Below are positions 1-13,500 of a stretch of DNA of 64,000 bases, piece by piece (positions within the stretch are counted from its first letter, which is position 1; the number at the start of each line of letters is the position of its first letter). Location: positions 372,001 to 436,000 of the forward strand of contig JAPMXV010000045.1 in NCBI GenBank assembly GCA_026936335.1. Direction: 5' to 3'. The position numbers and the translations under genes were made by a program. The notes below the pieces were generated by a model. The model was not told the DNA's origin. It made no database searches and was given only the letters and a program-made list of their open reading frames with translations. The DNA comes from Mantamonas sphyraenae STR306 (taxonomy: Eukaryota; Protista; CRuMs).

Positions 1-1604
1 TCGTCGGCCTTGAGGGAACGGAAGGCGGTGCGGAGCTGGAATTGGAGGAAGCTGTCTGTGCCGTAGGTGGGGAGGTCCATGAACATGTTCATGGCCACCA
101 GCTGCGGGCGCGGGAAGGAACTCAGGGTCACCTCGTCCTCAAACATTTTGGAGTACTTGATGAGTTCGGTGTTGGTGACGGGGGAGCCCGAGCGCACCTT
201 GGCCATGAACGAGCCAAAGTCCTTGGCAGTGTCTCTGTGCTTCTGCTTGTTCTCCAGATCCTTGGCCAGCTCCGAGACGGTGTTTTGCAGAAAGCGAGCC
301 ATTTCCATGCGCACCTTGAGAAGGTTGAGCTTTTGCATCTCCTGTGCAATGCAAAATTGCGGGCGCAAAGCAAAGGGCGAGGGAGGGCGAGAGGGTCAGC
401 CTGAATCTCGCACCACGGAGCAAGTGCTCGCACAGCCACGCAAGAGCGAGGGACGGGAACAGGCAAAGCCTGCGAGCCACAGTGACCATGCACGTCATGT
501 ATGGCCAGGATGCGCAGGATGGGTTGGGGTGGAGGGCAGCGGGAGAAGGAAACCGCTGGCGAGCAAGGAAAGGCAAGGGAAGAAGGCACGAACCTCGGTG
601 TCCCTGTTCCTGAACGTGCTCGGCAGCACGCGGTTGAGCAGATTGGGGAACACAGAGAGGATGAAGGGCAGCAGAAACTCCGTAGCCGGGATTAGAGCAA
701 AGGCTGTGACGGGCACGAGCTTGAACACGTCAATGGTGGTGCGTTGCAGCTGGCGCTTCTCGCGGCGCGTGAGCGACTCGCCACGCAGCTGCTTGCTGCA
801 ATTCGGAAGGGCGGCGGATGGGATGACGACACACACAGAGAGAGAGACAGGGAGAGGGAAAAGTGGCAAGTGCACACATGAAGAATGTGCGTCGCAGAGG
901 CGATGCATGGGCAAACGAGTCGGGAGTCAGCGAAAAGAAAAAGCACGGCGTGCGGGCGGCTGAAGATAAAATTCTGAAACGGGAGAGCGACGACAACGGC
1001 ACACATACCGGAGAAGACGGCTGGCAATGCGCACGTCGGTGGCCAGAAGCTTAAGCCCGGTCTTGACAAACACAGCCTCGTGCTTGATGTACACCCAGGC
1101 GTCCTTGGACCACTGGACAACGCCTTTTTGGTACAGGCCAGTGCCTTGCCACTTGACAACCATCCATTCATAGAGCTTGGGCGGGTTGACGAGCATGGAG
1201 GTGGAAAAGGTGAGTTCGGAAGACTCGCCGTCCTTCTTGTCGTCCTTTTTGGCAGGAGTGGCGTCGGAGGGGCCCACCGACGTGGCAAAGGCGCGGGTGT
1301 ACACGCCCACAGGGTCGGAGGAGACACGGTGGGCCACCAGGCCGATGTGTGAGCGTGCATGGCCAGCAGCCATGTGCACACCCACACGAGACCAAGCCAC
1401 AGGGGCCACGACGGCACTGCTTTGTGGCAGACCCGTGCTGGTGACGCTGCTGTGTACGGTGTGCAGCCGCGCTGCGCTCGAGGAGTGCGGCCTAGCTGAC
1501 GCAAGCACACGCACCTGCACGGCACTTCTCGACGATGTCGACACACCGGCCGCTTCGCCGAGGCCTGTGCGTGCCAATCCACGGCACGAACGTCGCACAA
1601 ACAT
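1..1604 (-). CDS. LETM1: LETM1/Mdm38 mitochondrial inner-membrane protein (3'-partial, at least 3 exons)
   Basis: Arg/Ser-rich targeting-like N-terminus MFVRRSCRGLAR (ATG 1604). GT-AG introns 1008-796 and 593-342 join TGLKLLATDVRIASRLLR-KQLRGESLTRREKRQLQRTTIDVFKLVP...EFLLPFILSVFPNLL..LPSTF...KVRMEMARFLQNT, the LETM1 signature. Runs off the window at position 1. Confidence 0.92.
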
Positions 1605-1793
1605 CGATGTTTTTTGAACTGGGTGCCCCGAGGCAAACCTTGCGACCTTCGAATGGCTTCCAAAGTCCCACCCGCGTGTGCAGCGTCCACCATGTCCATT
1701 GCACGTCTGCATCGGCACTGCAACAGTCGGCACCTGGCGAGAAGGGCTGAAGCGCGAGCTGAGCAACAGCAAGCAAAAACAACACTTGACACC

Positions 1794-2442
1794 ATGGGAG
1801 TGAGTGAGGACAAAGAGAGACATGGACGGATTTCACACACACATGCGCTATTGTTTTGGTGATGCCGGGCGAGGTGTGATGCAAGTCACACACAGTGCGG
1901 GTAGGGGCGAGAGGGAAAGCTGCTGCTGACGCTGGCTTTTTGATCGCCGGCGGCGTGTGCGACGAGCACAGAAGATTGCAATGACATGGAAAGCAGAAAT
2001 GGAGGGTGTGGCAGAGGTGCAGCCGCATGAACAGTTCCAGTTCCTGATGCGCTTCCGGTGTACGAGCTGCGGCCTTGAGCAGGACAAGCTGAACGAGCTG
2101 AACAAGGAGGATGAGGTGGACATTCCGGGCGGGCGTGGCACAGCCAACCTGGTGTTCAAGTGCAAGCAGTGCGAGCGCAAGAACTCGGTGCAGTTCACCA
2201 ACGACGAAGGGGCGCCGCTGACGGAAAGCGAGGAACCCGCCACGTTTGTCGTCATGGACTGCCGCGGGTGTGAGCCCACAGAGTTCCAGGCCACCAACCA
2301 GTTTACGGTGGTGGCCGAGTCTGGCTCTCGCTTCACCAACTGTGACCTCAGCGAAGACTTTTTCGACTTTGACGAGGCGTCCGGCAGTGCTGTGAGTGTG
2401 TCGGAGCTCACCTTTGCTTTTGAATCCTTCACGGGCAAATGA
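1794..2442 (+). CDS. CZIB: CXXC-motif zinc-binding protein (DUF866/UPF0587)
   Basis: ATG GGA|gtgagt at 1794-1799; intron 1800-1971 gives MGKIAMTWKAE. FRCTSC, GGRGTANLVFKCKQCER, DCRGCEPTEF and DFDE are family motifs. Confidence 0.92.
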
Positions 2443-2547
2443 GAGGCAACGAGGAGAGAGAAACAACAATGCAAAAAGTAGCACGATACCCAGTGGGACA
2501 CATGATCGATCGAATGATGGATGCTTCATTGCGCAGCCAAGCACAGC

Positions 2548-3069
2548 TCACAAACCCTCCTGCGGGCCCGAGGCGGCTCCAGCGGCGGAGGAGGAAGCAG
2601 ACCAGCGAGATTCGCCCTTGAGTTGGCGTGCAACAAAGGCTGTGTCCACAGACAGGTCGTCCTGGACGCCAGCCACACGCTCTGTGAGCGCTGCACACTC
2701 GCGAATCTGCATCGTCAACTTGACCAGCATCTCCTGGTCGCTGTAGCTGTTGCTATCCTCCTGGAAGGCCACCATGCCGTTCTGTGCGTCGATTTTGGCA
2801 AAAATATCGCCGTCGCCGATCTGTTGGGTGGTGGAGTGGGGAAGCACGGGCAGTGTGAGTCGTCGAGGTGCTGACTGCTAACTCGCAACAGCACGCCCAT
2901 GGTGGACCTACCATGCCCAGGATTTCCTTTTCAGCCTGGTCATCTGACTCGAGCGAAGCGTCCTCAGCAATGTTGGTCAGCGAAAGGGTCAGATAGGTCT
3001 TTGTGAGGTCCTGGATCTGCTTGCGCTGCAGTCCAACCACCAGTTGCTTGATGAGGCCTGTGTTTGCAT

Positions 3070-3106
<37 letters not shown>

Positions 3107-4481
3107 TGTGCGGGTGATCGGTGTGGCATGTGAGTGCACTGATGGCGAAAGGCGGGCTGTTCTTCACACGCAAGGTTGCGGAGGGAACGTGTGAATGACA
3201 AAGCGCAACGTACTGCAGCAAACACCTCTTGATGGGTGTCCATGATCTTGGTGATGCCTTCGGCATCGTTGACAAGGTAGGCGTTGGCGAGCTCGACGTA
3301 CTCGGCGCAGATGCGCTGGGCGAAGCGCGACATGACCATGCTGGTGTACTTGGGCAACTCGATGAGCTGTTCAAGGGATTGTGTGGCGGGCGGGCAAGGG
3401 CGCCCCAGTGTGCAAAGGGCGTCACGGGAGGTTGAGGGCGGAAGAGTGAGTTGGGGAGCAAGAGGGAATTCGCCGCAGAGGACAGGCAACACACAAAAAG
3501 GGGAACAGGGAAGGGCTTCAGAAGCATGCCTGCAGGCAGGGTCGCCCTGGATGTTGGGAGGGAAGGCGGGGCTGGCACGCAGGAAGGACACTAACCTCTC
3601 CGTCCTCCAGGAGACTGACAAGGATGAGCTTTTTGTAAGCGGCGATGGCGATGGCAGAGATGGCGTGCGCAGGAACAGTGACGGCGAGCAGGAAGCAGTT
3701 CTGCGCCTGCTTGTACTGCTTGAGGGCGGTGAACGCATAGCCACTGTAGTAAAAGTAGGCCAGGAGGTCACGCGGTTCAATGGCTGACACCTTGGGGTTG
3801 ACGCTGAGCACGTCCAGGTCGATCACGCGTCGGGCGTAGCTGAAGTTGGACGAGGCGCAGCAGGCCTGAACCACACACGGGTGCGCAATGGTCAGCTCTG
3901 CATCATCGGCACTGCCCAGCAGGTCGATGAGCGGCATCAGCACAGCCACTGCCTCCGTGCCGTTGTCCATCGAGCACTGCAGGTTTGTGTACTCGCGCAC
4001 AATCGAGTTGACTGTGGGTGTGTGTTTCCGAACCGCAAACATGTTAGTCGCACACCGCAAACCACCTGCTACTCCTGCAAGACATATGTACATGTGTGCG
4101 TGTGTGTGTGTGTGTGTGCTACTGGGTGTGGCTGTACACACGACGCGAGCAAGGCGACGGCGAAAACCTCCCAAAAAACTCACGTTGCTCTCGGCCTCGG
4201 CCAAGCTGCTTTTCGTCCAAGTCGCACGTCAGAAGCATGCCCGCGAGGCGAACAAACTCGACCGGGTCAAACTCGCTCTCCTTGACATTGAGCATGGCGG
4301 CAATGAGGTGGATGCAGCCCAGAGTGTACTCTTGAGGCGGAAGAGTTTCCACCATCACCGGGATGCTGTTCACGTGCTTGGCCAGCTTGGTCCCCTTCAG
4401 CTGACGGTCCAACTGCTCCAGGTCCTTGTCGTTGTCCGTGGTCATGTTCCGGATCAGGTTGATCAGCTGGTCCGACGACAT
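2548..4481 (-). CDS. CSN3: COP9 signalosome subunit 3 (multi-exon)
   Basis: Exons read MSSDQLINLIRNM...; LAYFYYSGYAFTALKQYKQAQNCFLLAVTVPAHAISAIAIAAYKKLILVSLL; LPKYTS; DANTGLIKQLV...IQDLTKTYLTLSLTNIA; IGDGDIFAKIDAQNGMVAF (PCI domain end). Confidence 0.9.
3072..3105. repeat. (TG/CA)n microsatellite abutting a CSN3 intron 3' splice site
   Basis: About 17 TG units directly visible; on the minus strand it reads (CA)n-CAG|GAT GCA AAC. Confidence 0.9.
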
Positions 4482-4537
4482 CTTTCGATTGTGCTGGCTG
4501 CCTCCACGCTCCCAGCACAACAACACCTGCACACACA

Positions 4538-7146
4538 ATGGCATCCTCCCACAACGTGCAAGTGTCCCCGTGGCTCACTCTGTTCCTTTGCCTGCTCTTA
4601 GCGTCGCTGGCTGTGGCCCAGCTGTCCAAGCCGCTGCGCCAAGACTCGGATCTGGACAAGAGCAAGAACAAGTTTCGGGCCCGCGAAGCAAACACAGACG
4701 TGGTCGATTCACTCTTGTAAGTGCATGTAGCATTTGCGCTATGGCCAGTACCAAGCCCTGTCGCATCGGACTGGGATACTGTTGTTTGTGTGCTGCTCCC
4801 CAAGCTGCTGACGTCAACCCCACCTGCGCTCGCATTCTTCACAGCGAGGAACAGCCCAAAGACAACAAGGCCCACCAGTGCCGTGAGCATGGACTTGCTT
4901 TGGACAGCCGAACTCGGCTACTCCATCTATTCCACGCCACTCATCACAGATATGCTGAGGTAAGGGCGGAAAACACACACATGGTTGCAACGGGGTGCTG
5001 ACCCCCGGGAAACTCCTTTCTGCGCTGCACACGCACACGGCATGACATTCCCACCTACCTGACACACCCAACAACACACTCTGATCCAACTTGTACCCGT
5101 TGGTTGCGTGCATTCATGCGTCCCGGGCACTGTGCACGACACAGCGATGGGCAGAAGGATGTGGTGAGCGGAACCTACGTGCGCTACGTGGAAGTGTTGG
5201 AGGCTGCCGACGGCCACCGCATGCCCGGTTGGCCGTATGCATTCCAGCACTCGTCGTTCCATGCGTCGCCACTGCTGTACGACATCGACAAAGACGGACA
5301 GAACGAGGTGGTCATGGCTACAGCCAATGGCGAGATTGTCTTTCTTCGCCAGGACGGCCTGCCCGTGTACGGCGAGACGCTGCGTGTGCCGCCGCTGGAG
5401 GTTCACCAAAACTGGTACCAGGGCCTGGACGCACGTGGCACAGACGCAAACATGCAGCTGTTTGGCCAGGACGCAGGCAAGGAGACAAGCGAACACAAAC
5501 GCAAGCTGCTCGCAAGCGAACCCCTGGCCATGCAGCCCGTATCACCACAGAACAGCAGCGAGTACAAACAGTTCAAGAGCACCTACGACTGGCTCAACAC
5601 GGAGGCTCACGAGTCCCTGGAGCTGTTTCTGCCCGACTCGGAGTTGCGCGACAGGCTGCTCCCCAAGGAGTTTGACCCTCTGCAGTCGCCACACTATGCA
5701 AAGTATGCGCAGAAGGAACGACGACCGGGCTATGTGTACGTGGATCCGCACATTCTGTGCACACCTGTGATTGCCGACATTGACGGCGATGGGCGCGACG
5801 AGCTCATTGTCTCTGTGTCGTACTACTACGACCGCGAACACTACTCCGACCCAAGCAACTTTGCCAGTCTCAACGCAGACATTGACATCACCAAGTACGT
5901 CGCGGGTGGCCTCGTGGTGTTTGACCTGGAAAAGCGCACCATCAAGTGGAAGGTGCACCTGGACCTGACCACCCTGTACACCACCTACCGCGCCTACATC
6001 TACGCCTCGCCCACCGTGGTCGATCTCACAGGCGATGGCAAGCTCAACATCATTGTGGGCACATCGCTGGGCTTTATCTATGCCTTTGACGAGAAGGGCA
6101 CGCTGCTACGCAACTTTCCCGTGGAGATGGACGAAATCCAAGGTCAGCTGGCAGTCGCCGACGTCAACGGAGACGGGAAACTGGAAATACTGGCGGTGGA
6201 CAACAACGCAAACCTTGTGTTGTGGGACAGGAATGGCCTTGAGATCTGGGAGAGGCGCCTGTCTGGATTCCCGTCGCAAGCGCCCATGGTGGGCGACGTG
6301 AATGGAGATGGCATCCTGGACATTGTGGTGGGCACGGATGAGGGACACATCTGGGCGGTGCAAGGCACAGACGGCAAGGTGCTCAAGGGATTCCCCATCA
6401 AAACCAAGGGTCGCATCCTTGCCAGCGTGCTGTTGATGAAGATCCACGATACGTCTCCCGGCTTGCACATCATTGTGCCATCGTTTGATGGCTACGTGTA
6501 CGCCATCGACGGGGCATCCGGGTGTGGAGACCGCATCGATCTGGGCGAGACGGCGTTTGCCCAGGTGCTTGCAGACGATCTCACAGGCAACGGGAAGATG
6601 GACCTGCTGGTGACCACGATGAATGGCAACGCATATGCATTTGCCACAGAGGCAAAGTACCACCCGTTGAAGGCGTGGACGGCGCAGGCCGACTCGCGCA
6701 ACGGGTTTACCTACAAACACGATTACCACGGCATCTACGTGCTTCCGTCGTCGCGCAAACAGCGAGATGTACCTGGTGCATGGATGACGCTGCAGTTTGA
6801 GATCGTGGACAAGCGGCCCAAGAGCGAATTCGAGAGGAGGTACGACGTACGCGTGTCTTTGGACGGCACCGAGACGCTGCTGAAAAAGACATACTCTCAG
6901 CCCGGCGTGTATCAGGAACAGGTGCAGTGCAGGCACAGGCGGGTGGCCACAGTGCGCCTGGAGATGACCAACGAGCAGCAGCAGTACTTTGCCGACTCGT
7001 TTGCAGTCAGCTTCAATCTGCACTTTTACCGCACGCTCAAGTGGATCCTCGTGTTTCCGTTCATCCTCATGGCTGCGTTTCTGTTTTTGCAGGTGGATGC
7101 CGACGATGAGCAAGATCTGGGAGGCCTGGGCAAGCGGAGGAGGTGA
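4538..7146 (+). CDS. DEX1-like FG-GAP repeat membrane protein (3 exons)
   Basis: Signal peptide, then NKFRAREAN; exon 2 LLWTAELGYSIYSTPLITDM; exon 3 with repeated D[IVL]xGDG FG-GAP/Ca-binding motifs (DIDKDGQNE, DIDGDGRDE, DLTGDGKLN, DVNGDGKLE, DVNGDGILD) and a C-terminal TM helix. Resembles plant DEFECTIVE IN EXINE FORMATION 1. The first acceptor is ambiguous (4844 vs 4854). Confidence 0.82.
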
Positions 7147-7256
7147 TTACTGTATTCCGCTCCATCCAACGGAATTGTCCGCGAACACGCACACACACGC
7201 ACATACACACTCTGTTTCCCCCTTGTTTTTCTGTCTAGGTTTGTTATATTAGCCAG

Positions 7257-9080
7257 ATGCCGGGACGGAAATTGACAACTGTGGTCAAAGCGGCGTACGG
7301 GGTCGGGGAGATCTCGTCGACGACTGTGGGCAACATCCGCGGATTCTTCCTGAACAAGTTCCTGCTGGATGTGGCGCAGGTAGATCCGTATTATTCGGGC
7401 CTGATCCTGCTGGTAGGCAAGATGTGGGACGCAGTGAACGACCCCATTGTGGGCACGCTGTCGGACAGGACGCAATCGCGTTGGGGACGGCGAAGGCCGT
7501 GGATCCTCTTCTGTGCATTGCCGTTTGGCCTCTTCTACGCTCTGCTGTGGACGGTGCCAGACTTTCTAGACACGCCCATTGCCAAGTTTGGCTACTATTT
7601 GATTATTTCCCTGTTCCTGGACAGCTTCTACACGGCCGTAAGCCTGCCGTACACGGCGTTGACGCCCGAGATGGCGCACACGTACGACGAAGTGACAAAC
7701 CTGACCAAGTATCGCATGGGTTTTGGTGAGTAGCCAGACGGAAGCTGGATGGAGAGAGGAGCACAGGGGTCTCGAAAGGGCGTTGAGCGGATGGAGGTGC
7801 TAACAGTGTGTGTGTGTGTGTTGTGTGCTGTTGCAGGCTTGGTGGGCGGGTTGGTGGCGAGTTTTGTTCACGCGACCCTGATCATCTCCTTTGTGGAAGA
7901 CGGACGCATCAACTACGCAACGGGATACCTGGTGTCGGGTCTGCTGTTTGGCGCTGTGATTGTGCTGTGCAACTTCATCACGTTTGCGTTTACCTTTGAG
8001 ACATCCGGCATGGACAGCGGGAAGAACGACGAAGACGAAGACGCAGACGCAGAAACAACGCCGTTGACGGACACGGGCCTGAGCAGCAACGGCGGGACAC
8101 AGGGCACAGGGTATGGCAGTGTCAATGAGCATGCGAGCTCGAGCAGCATGGGCACACAGTCCAGCAAGTACAGCTCGCTGACGTCGATTGTGGACGAGCA
8201 CGACCTGTACCACGCGCTGGAGGAACTGCCGGAACACCAGAAGCGCATTCCAGGTCTCAACATGCGTCTGGTGGAAACCGAGTCGGGCACAACCGAATGG
8301 GAGGACGAAGACGAGGCAGCAGAGGCCGCAGCGGTGGCGGAAGGCATGAAACAAGCGAGCAAGCAACCAGGCATGGTGGAGGGCTTCCGGGCGGCATTTT
8401 CCAATCGTCCCTTTGTGTACGTGATGCTTTCCTACCTGTTCTCCTGGATTGCGGTCAACTTTACGCAGAACAACCTCATTCTGTACACAGAGTATGTGCT
8501 GGGACTTCGCGAGTACTTCTCGGGCCTGCTGCTTGCGGTGCAGCTCTCCGCGGCTGTGTTCATTCCCGTGTGGGAGAAGTTGAGCCACCGCATCGGCAAG
8601 AAGGCTGTGTTCAACATCGGCATGGCCATCCTGTTTAGTGTGCAGATCTGCTTGTTGTTTGTGCCCGCCGGCCAACTTGTGCTGATGTACTTTATGGCTG
8701 TGTTTGCCGGCATTGGCATCAGTGTGGCCTTTCTGATCCCATGGTCAATGTTGCCCGACGTGATCGACCTGGATGAACTCGAGACGGGCGTCCGCCGCGA
8801 AGGCGTCTTTTACTCTTTCTTTGTGTTTTTCCAGAAGCTGGGCCTCGCCGTGGGACTGGGTGTAAGCAATGTGCTGCTTGGAGCTGGTGGCTACGTCACA
8901 GGTGCCCCCAAACAGGACAGCGAAGTGTTGTTTCTGCTTCGGCTCCTCGTCGGCCCCATCCCTGCTCTCCTCCTCTTTCTCAGCCAGCTGGTCATTCTCA
9001 AATATCCACTGACCCGCAAGGTCCACAAGAGGATCCAGGCACGGCTTAGGATGCGCAAGGAGGCAGCAATGGTGGAGTAG
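7257..9080 (+). CDS. MFS transporter, GPH/MFSD2 (MelB-like) family
   Basis: KAAYGVG, GKMWDAVNDPIVGTLSDRTQSRWGRRRPWIL, PYTALTPEM, PWSMLPDVIDLDELETGVRREGVFY; intron 7726-7836; long acidic central loop. Confidence 0.92.
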
Positions 9081-9181
9081 CGAATAGGCCCGATCGTTGG
9101 CCGCACCCTTTTTGTTGTTGTCAGCGTGGGCTGCCTCCCATGCCACCAACAGTAGCGAAAACAAATTCCGGCCAACCAAAA

Positions 9182-10462
9182 TCACAACCCCTCATCGCCC
9201 CTAGCATCCAACAATGGCTCGTTTCCTCGATTTCCCATTGTAGCAGCCAAGCCCCGCTGCTGTGGCTGGCGTGCACTGAAGCCCGTCCTGCGACGCTGGC
9301 GCACGGAAGAAAAGGGCGAGTTGCCAAAGCGTGTCTTGTTGGACGATTTGAGGGCGTAGCAGGCACCAATAACAACAAAGCCCACGGCGAAGCCGATGCC
9401 CCAGGAGATGAGTCGCTGGTCGTAGGCGACCGGGTCGTCGCCGGGATCTGTCTTTTTCTTGTCACTAGGCGGTGCCTTCCACACAGGCACCTGCACTGTG
9501 AGCAGAGGCGACACTTGATCAAACACCCGGCGTGATACTCGCTTGGCCTCGACCGGGTCGTGCACGGCAACGACTCGTGTGGCTACAAGCAAGCAGACGC
9601 TGCCTCCCTTGAGACTGTCCGCCAGGGCGATGTCCAGATTTGCTGTGGTGCCACGCACGGATGCAACCTTGGTGCCATGCTGCTTCCATCCACACCACAC
9701 GGCGGTGTTGAACGGGATGCTCTCGCAGGAAGCCGCGTGTGCTTGCCACACCTCGTATTCGCAGGAGGTGCAGGCGACGGCTGCCCCTGCATCCGTCACA
9801 TCGGCCCCAATGCGCGTTTGTTCCCAGGTGAGCGACGCCTGAATACGCTCGGGTGCTGTACGCAGGCTCTGTGCGTCTGCACCCGCAGCAAGTGCCGGTG
9901 CCTCACTAAACAGGGCAGCAGGGCCATTCTCGCAGGTGCCCGCGCACACAAAGCCCCTCAATGTCGCTTCCACGTGCACCAGGGCGCTTCCAGAATTGCT
10001 CACGTTGGCTCCGGCGGCAAAGAGCGGCGAAAACAAAGAGGTGCGAAGCTCGGGCGTCCTGCTTTTCCGCCCCGCGGTGGCCAAGAATGTGGTGCACAGA
10101 CGCGGAGTGGGCCCTGCACTCAGTTGCGTGGAGCTGCACACAATCGGTGTCACTTCGTTGTCTGTTTGCATACGCATGAGCTGGTTGCTCCCGGCGACGT
10201 TGACGACAAAATTGGTCAACACCGTTTGCCCCGCGCCGCCGCCGCCCTGTTGGCTGCAGATGCTCATTTGCAAACTTAGATGGGTCATGTTGGCCGGTAT
10301 GCTGTCCATTGCAAAGGACACTGTGCCGCCTGCAGGTACGGGAGCCAATGTGGGCGAAAACAAGCCTACGGAGACGGTGGACGCCGAGGTGATCGACACA
10401 GTGAGGCAAAGCCACAGCAGACACGCCGGCGCAAAAATCTGCCTCTGTCTCCGATGCTTCAT
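9182..10462 (-). CDS. Uncharacterised type I membrane protein (426 aa)
   Basis: N-terminal signal peptide, Cys-containing beta-rich ectodomain, single TM helix (LISWGIGFAVGFVVIGACYAL), cytosolic tail ending in the dileucine-like NEPLL. Confidence 0.7.
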   Translation of the reverse strand: MKHRRQRQIFAPACLLWLCLTVSITSASTVSVGLFSPTLAPVPAGGTVSFAMDSIPANMTHLSLQMSICSQQGGGGAGQTVLTNFVVNVAGSNQLMRMQTDNEVTPIVCSSTQLSAGPTPRLCTTFLATAGRKSRTPELRTSLFSPLFAAGANVSNSGSALVHVEATLRGFVCAGTCENGPAALFSEAPALAAGADAQSLRTAPERIQASLTWEQTRIGADVTDAGAAVACTSCEYEVWQAHAASCESIPFNTAVWCGWKQHGTKVASVRGTTANLDIALADSLKGGSVCLLVATRVVAVHDPVEAKRVSRRVFDQVSPLLTVQVPVWKAPPSDKKKTDPGDDPVAYDQRLISWGIGFAVGFVVIGACYALKSSNKTRFGNSPFSSVRQRRRTGFSARQPQQRGLAATMGNRGNEPLLDARGDEGL

Positions 10463-10572
10463 TTGCCAATGGTCGAGTGGCTACCCTGGGCTGTTCCCGG
10501 ATGTTGATTTGTTGGGTGACGAGCTGCGACACGTCGCCCAATTTTTTTCGCACTTCTCCTGCCACGTCGATC

Positions 10573-13500
10573 ATGGACACCATCAACGCCGTGTTCCAAC
10601 AAGCACAGCAGTCGTTTGCAAAGCATGCTCGCTGCACCGAGGCGCTTCTTGCCATCAAGGAAAGCATGGGCGAGGAGGAGTTTTGTTTGCAGTTGGTCAA
10701 GCTGCTGAACCATGTGCTCCTTGTGTACGTCTGTCATCATGTGCATGCATACACCAGATCACAAGACTCACACACACACACACACTTGTTTGCTTTACCC
10801 CACGCAGCTTCAAGCGTGACCCGAGTGTCGAGCGCCTGGTGGCGTTTGTCGGCAAGTTTGTGGCCGCCAGCAAAGATGCCGAGCTTGCACCGACGCTGAT
10901 CGAATACCTCATCAGCTTCAGCGGAGCCAAGGACAAGGCAGTGCGCTTCCGCGTGTGCCAGCTCGTCTCTGTGCTCATGGATGCGCTGGGTGACGAGGCC
11001 GAGGTGTCGGATGCCTTGTTTGACTCGCTTGAAGACGCCTTGAAAATCCGCCTGCGTGACACCGTGCCCGTCGTCCGTGCGCACGCCGTGGCTGCCATCA
11101 GCCGCCTGCAGGACCCTGAAGATGAAGAAGACGAAGTCACCCTCGAGCTTCTGCGCCTCATGAGCACCGACACATCCAAGTGAGTTGTGGTGCCCTTTGT
11201 TCCTTTTTGAACGACGAGCCGTTGGCGGATTGGCGCCAAAGAAGCGCGCGCAAAATTCCTGACTTGACACTGATGGCTGACACACACGCGTACACACGAC
11301 AGGGATGTGCGCAAGGCAGTTCTCTCACACATCGGCGTGTCCGAATGGACCATCCCACACATTCTCAAACGCTGCCGCGACGTGCAGACGGACGTCCGTG
11401 TGCACGCCTTTGCCACAATCTCACTGAAAACGACGTTGCGATCCCTGACCATTGCCCAGCGTGTGGAGGTGCTTCACGCAGGCCTGGAAGACCGAGAGCG
11501 CAAGGTTGTCAAGAGTGCACAGGCGCTCCTGATCGAATGTTGGCTCAAGGCAGTGGAGGGCGATCCGCTGAAGCTGCTCGCGGCCCTGGATCCCGAAGCA
11601 TACGAGGAACGCGTGCTGGGAATTGCCACGCATCTGGTGGAACACCTTCACAGGGAGGTGTGCAAGAAGAACACCAAGCCTGAGCCGCTGGCCAAGGCCA
11701 TCAACCGTCTGGTGTTTCCCGACGCCGAGTCGGAGGAGGTCAGCCCCGAGCAGGCCATCCTGTGGCGTGCGTACTGTCATTATCTGCACACCAGCACAAA
11801 GAGCAAGGAAGCAGAGGTGCTGGACATCCTGCTGCCCAACATCACCGAGTTTTGTGACTCGATGCGCGAGAGCAACCTGCCGCTGCTGAGCCAGCACATT
11901 GGCACCGAGGAAAAGATGTCCCGCGTGTTTGTGCTTCGCCAGATGCTCATGTTGGCACAGGTGTTTGACTTTTCCGACGAGGTGGGCCGTGTCAACTTTT
12001 GCAACTTCCTGCGTGAGCTGCTGGGCTCCGTGGCAATGTTTGCCAGCAACGAGCCCGACGAAATCCTTGTCTGGGAGCGCATGGTTTGCCTGATCATGGA
12101 CGTCCTGCGCACGGTGTACTCCTCCGACGCAGAGTTCCACGTGGTGGTCGGCGACATGGTGGCCCAGTTTATGCTTGAGGCCGGCGACGACGCAGCCGAG
12201 GCACAGGCTCCCGCCGATCTCAACGAGAGCATCCAGGCGGCCCTGCACGACGACTCCACACTCACTCTGCATGAAGCAAGCCAACAATCGCATTGGATTC
12301 AGGCTTTGTATCTGGTGTGCAATTTGTTGCAGCACACACGCTGCTCACTGCGCAACTCAATCATCGCCGAGTGGCATGACGCCATCATTGTTCCCAGTGT
12401 TGCGCACCCATCACCCACCGTTCGCAACCTCGGCATTCGTGCACTGGGTCTGTACGCCCTCCTGGACAAGGACATGGCCGTGCAGTACATGCCCCTGCTC
12501 CTGCAAATCATTGCCAACGACCAGGCCGCCCTGTGTCTGTCGGCTCTGCACAGCATCTTTGATTTGCTGATGGTCTTTGGCGTGGAGGTGTTTGAGGACG
12601 ATGGCGGCGACGATGGCGACGATGGCGACGATGTCGACGACGACGTCGTGGTGCGCAAGAGCCACGTGGTTGAGGCCCTCACACCGTTTCTGTTTGAGGC
12701 GCCCCAATTCCGTGCGGTGGCGGGCGAGGGCCTGGCCAAGCTGTTGTTTGTGGGCAAGGTCGTGTCTGCAGACGTGCTTGCTCAGCTGCTGCTGACGTAC
12801 TTCCACCCCATGATCGAGGGCGAGGAGGACGAACGCCTTCGTCAGTGCTTCTCCGTTTTCTTCCCATCGTTTGCGTTTGGTCGTGTGGACAACGCCGCCC
12901 TGTTTGTGGACGCGTTGTCGGGTACCCTGCGTCCTGTGTTTAACGCAGCCAAGGGCTCGCCGCTGGCAGAGATCGATCCGGCTCAGGTGGTCCAGTTTGT
13001 GCTCCACCTCACGGATGCAACCAACCAGGTCTCCAAGGTGGCTCAGAAGAGTAAGGAGGCGCTGGACTTGCATGCCAAGGTGTGTGCGTGGCTGGCCCGG
13101 GAGGCCATGAGCGCGCCGTCCGGACCGGAAACCAAGAAGCTGGCCAAGACGTTCAACATGGCCAATGTGGAAGGAACATCGCAGGCATGGCTGATGGCTC
13201 TGCAGCTTTTGGTTGAGCAAATGCAGGAGACGGTGACGGACCGCGTGGCGTTGCGCTCGATGGCCAAGTTTGCCAAGACAGTGGCCAAGCTGTGCAAATC
13301 GGACTGGGAACTTGAGGAAGAGCAGATTGCGGCGCTGGACAGGTCGACAGACAAACACATTGCGGCCGCCGACGCGTTCCGGGCAGAGTTTGCGTCGATC
13401 CGGCGTACGGCAGGCACACGCCGCCGTGCAGCGGCAGCAAGCAGCACCCACAAAAGCAAGAGCAAGAGCAAGAGCAGCGGCGGCAAGAGGAAGCAGACGC

